A stretch of 64,000 nucleotides of DNA, taken from contig CAWJTV010000041.1 in the NCBI GenBank assembly GCA_963845755.1, forward strand, positions 1 through 64,000, given 5' to 3'. The translations under genes were made by a program, and so were the position numbers. The notes under the pieces are model-generated. The model saw only the letters and a list, made by a program, of their open reading frames with translations, did no database searches and was not told the origin of the DNA. The DNA comes from an uncultured Planctomycetota bacterium (GTDB taxonomy: Bacteria; Planctomycetota; Planctomycetia; Isosphaerales; Isosphaeraceae). This document shows, piece after piece, positions 61,901-64,000 of the stretch (the first letter of the stretch is position 1; every line of letters starts with the position of its first letter).

Positions 61901-62050
61901 CGAAGAATTCCTTCTACGATCAATGATCCCCGGTCTCCAAGCACCGGGAACCTCGGAAAAAAGGGGGCGGAACCGTGAACGGGAACACCTACCAGCCGGC
62001 GAGCGTCCCTGAACTTGGGCCAGAAGTTTGAAAGATTGAGAAACACAAAT

Positions 62051-64000
62051 TTATTTATGTGTATCTCTCGCCGTTGCATCCTCGTGCCGGACGTGGCACG
62101 GAGCGGTGAATCGGCGACGGATCGGGATAATGCCGCGGGCCGCGCCAACGTGGGTCCAGCCTGCGACGAGCAGGACAGCGGCATGCGATGCCGATGCCGA
62201 AGTCCGCTTCGGAACCGAATTGGCTCCCGCGAATCGTGAGGGGCGAATCTCCATGCGAGCGAACTTGAGCGGCCACTCTCCGGTAGGCTCGCCCACGTGA
62301 AATCGTGTGGGAGGCTCCGGACATTCCCCATGGGCGTTGTTCGCTCCCAGCAAATCCAGGATTGCGTCGATTGCTTTGCCCCGGTCCGTCTGCCGTGGGC
62401 TTTGCGGCTTGCCTGTCTGGCTGCCGCCTTCGACCTGGCCGGGCGCTTGCAGGAAACTCGACGGCGGCTCCGGCGATGGCGGCCGGGCCCCGGGGCGGAT
62501 CCTCGACGGATCGGTACCCGAGGGCGTATCCGAGCCCGAGGAGAATCGATCCCGGTTTTCTCGGCCGAATTGATCGAGGGCCTCGTCGAGGCCCAGAATG
62601 AGGCGATCCCGGGTCGAGGAGCCCGTCGGGAACGGACCGGCGGCGCCATTCTCGGGGTTACCCTCCACTTCTACGGGACTGTCCTCGATGCCGTTGCCGC
62701 CTCGCTGGGTCACACTCTGGCCGAACGAGGTCTCCGCGCCAAGGGATAAGGCGCCATTGGAGATTGCCGAGGCCTCGATCGGGACGAGGCCGATCCCGCT
62801 TGAGGCCGGCTCGATCGTCAAGGTCAGCAGTGTGCCAACCAACTCCAGCGACGATTCCTGGAGTGAGACAAGTTGAATGATGTCGTTCGACGGAAGCACC
62901 GGGGTTGGAGATGCGGTATTCCCGATCAGATTGATGGCGACGAGGATGGCCGCCTCCCGCCCCTCCGTGGCCGCGTAGAAGAACACCTGGCCGCCGGTGA
63001 GGACCGAGAATGACAGATCCGAAGGATTGGGAAGATCGCGAATCGTCTCTCGCGATATCAGGACCAGACCCTCGGTTCCCCCCTCGAAGAGCGCCAGGAC
63101 GCCATTGCCGGCATTGCCGACGACCAGGCCCTCAAAGCCGCCGCCCGAAGGGAATGCGAACGCCGTCAACGGATCGGTCCCCCCGGAGAGGATCGTCGTG
63201 GTGACCGGGTTCGGACTGTTGAATCCAGAGATCATCGTCAGGTCGTTCGACCCGGCGTTCACCGTCACCAGGTCGGTCCGGCCGTCGAAGTTGCCGGCGA
63301 AGCTGGTCACCGGATTGGTTCCCACGGCGTAGATCGTCGGGTCCGTATCGTTGAAGAACCCCTGGCCCACGCCCGGCAGGAGTCGGACGTCGTTCGAACC
63401 GCTGTCGGTAACCAGGAGGTCGGGATAGACGTCGCTGGTGAAGTAACCCACGATGGTGGACACGGGCCCGGATCCCCCCGGCCTCAGCCGCTCGCCCGGC
63501 GTGAAGCGGAGGTCCCCTTGATTGAGCAGGATCGAGACGTCGTTGGAGCCCTCGTTGGCGATCACCAGGTCGAGCCGCGGTTCACCGTTGGGGAACTTCT
63601 CACCCGTGAGGTCGGCCACGGTGACCCCCACCGGGTTGGTGCCCACGAAGTAGCCATGCCCGCCATTGACGGCCGGCCCGAACTGGCCATTGCCTAGACC
63701 GGGATAAATCAGCACGTTATTGCTGCCGCTGTTGGCCACGATCAGGTCGGGGATCCCGTCGCCGTTCAGATCGGCCAACGTCACGGCACCGGGATCGAGC
63801 AGGCCTGTGGATTGATTGTCCAGTACAGTCGAGCCGCTCGCACCATAGTCGACGACCACACGGTCAAGCCCCTGGTCGGCGTAGATGACGTCCTTCGAGC
63901 CGTTTCCCGTGAGGCCGGCCACGGCCAGAGTGATGGTCTGATTGGTGTTGCGATAGGGCTCGAACGTGCCGTTCCCCTGGCCCAGCAGCACCAGGAGGTC
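62051..64000 (-). CDS. FG-GAP/VCBS repeat protein (5' end outside the window)
   Basis: Repeated ADLNGDGIPDLIVANSGSNNV-type units. Confidence 0.9.
   Translation of the reverse strand, partial: DLLVLLGQGNGTFEPYRNTNQTITLAVAGLTGNGSKDVIYADQGLDRVVVDYGASGSTVLDNQSTGLLDPGAVTLADLNGDGIPDLIVANSGSNNVLIYPGLGNGQFGPAVNGGHGYFVGTNPVGVTVADLTGEKFPNGEPRLDLVIANEGSNDVSILLNQGDLRFTPGERLRPGGSGPVSTIVGYFTSDVYPDLLVTDSGSNDVRLLPGVGQGFFNDTDPTIYAVGTNPVTSFAGNFDGRTDLVTVNAGSNDLTMISGFNSPNPVTTTILSGGTDPLTAFAFPSGGGFEGLVVGNAGNGVLALFEGGTEGLVLISRETIRDLPNPSDLSFSVLTGGQVFFYAATEGREAAILVAINLIGNTASPTPVLPSNDIIQLVSLQESSLELVGTLLTLTIEPASSGIGLVPIEASAISNGALSLGAETSFGQSVTQRGGNGIEDSPVEVEGNPENGAAGPFPTGSSTRDRLILGLDEALDQFGRENRDRFSSGSDTPSGTDPSRIRPGARPPSPEPPSSFLQAPGQVEGGSQTGKPQSPRQTDRGKAIDAILDLLGANNAHGECPEPPTRFHVGEPTGEWPLKFARMEIRPSRFAGANSVPKRTSASASHAAVLLVAGWTHVGAARGIIPIRRRFTAPCHVRHEDATARDTHK

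Overview
GC-rich bacterial window, very probably a planctomycete (Isosphaeraceae-like gene families, 'LEQLDDRCLLS' secretion signature). All calls come from motif recognition; no database searches were run. The core (~11.7-42.7 kb) is an integron on the minus strand. It has a truncated intI, an attI with a candidate Pc promoter, and 23 short (~58 bp) attC sites delimiting 23 cassettes rich in toxin-antitoxin pairs and orphan immunity-type genes. The array is heavily parasitised. Three group II introns (two near-identical CL1/IIB-type RT-HNH introns and one divergent ORF-less intron) all sit at GTTAGR|C inside the attC core, in the sense orientation, and carry an EBS1 loop (CCUAAC) complementary to that core. 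This is unlike the known class C attC introns. Other insertions are an IS91-like/tyrosine-recombinase element in an attC R'' box, ISAzo13, IS21, a tandem ISAs1-like pair and a twice-inserted MITE. One cassette has a promoter, a ~75-nt repeat/hairpin RNA, a terminator and an NYN RNase gene, arranged like a type III toxin-antitoxin system. The left flank holds LRR, porin and other accessory genes. The right flank holds a GAF-HlyD/HlyD/M50-HlyD operon and housekeeping genes. The many single-base frameshifts may be real decay or long-read consensus errors.
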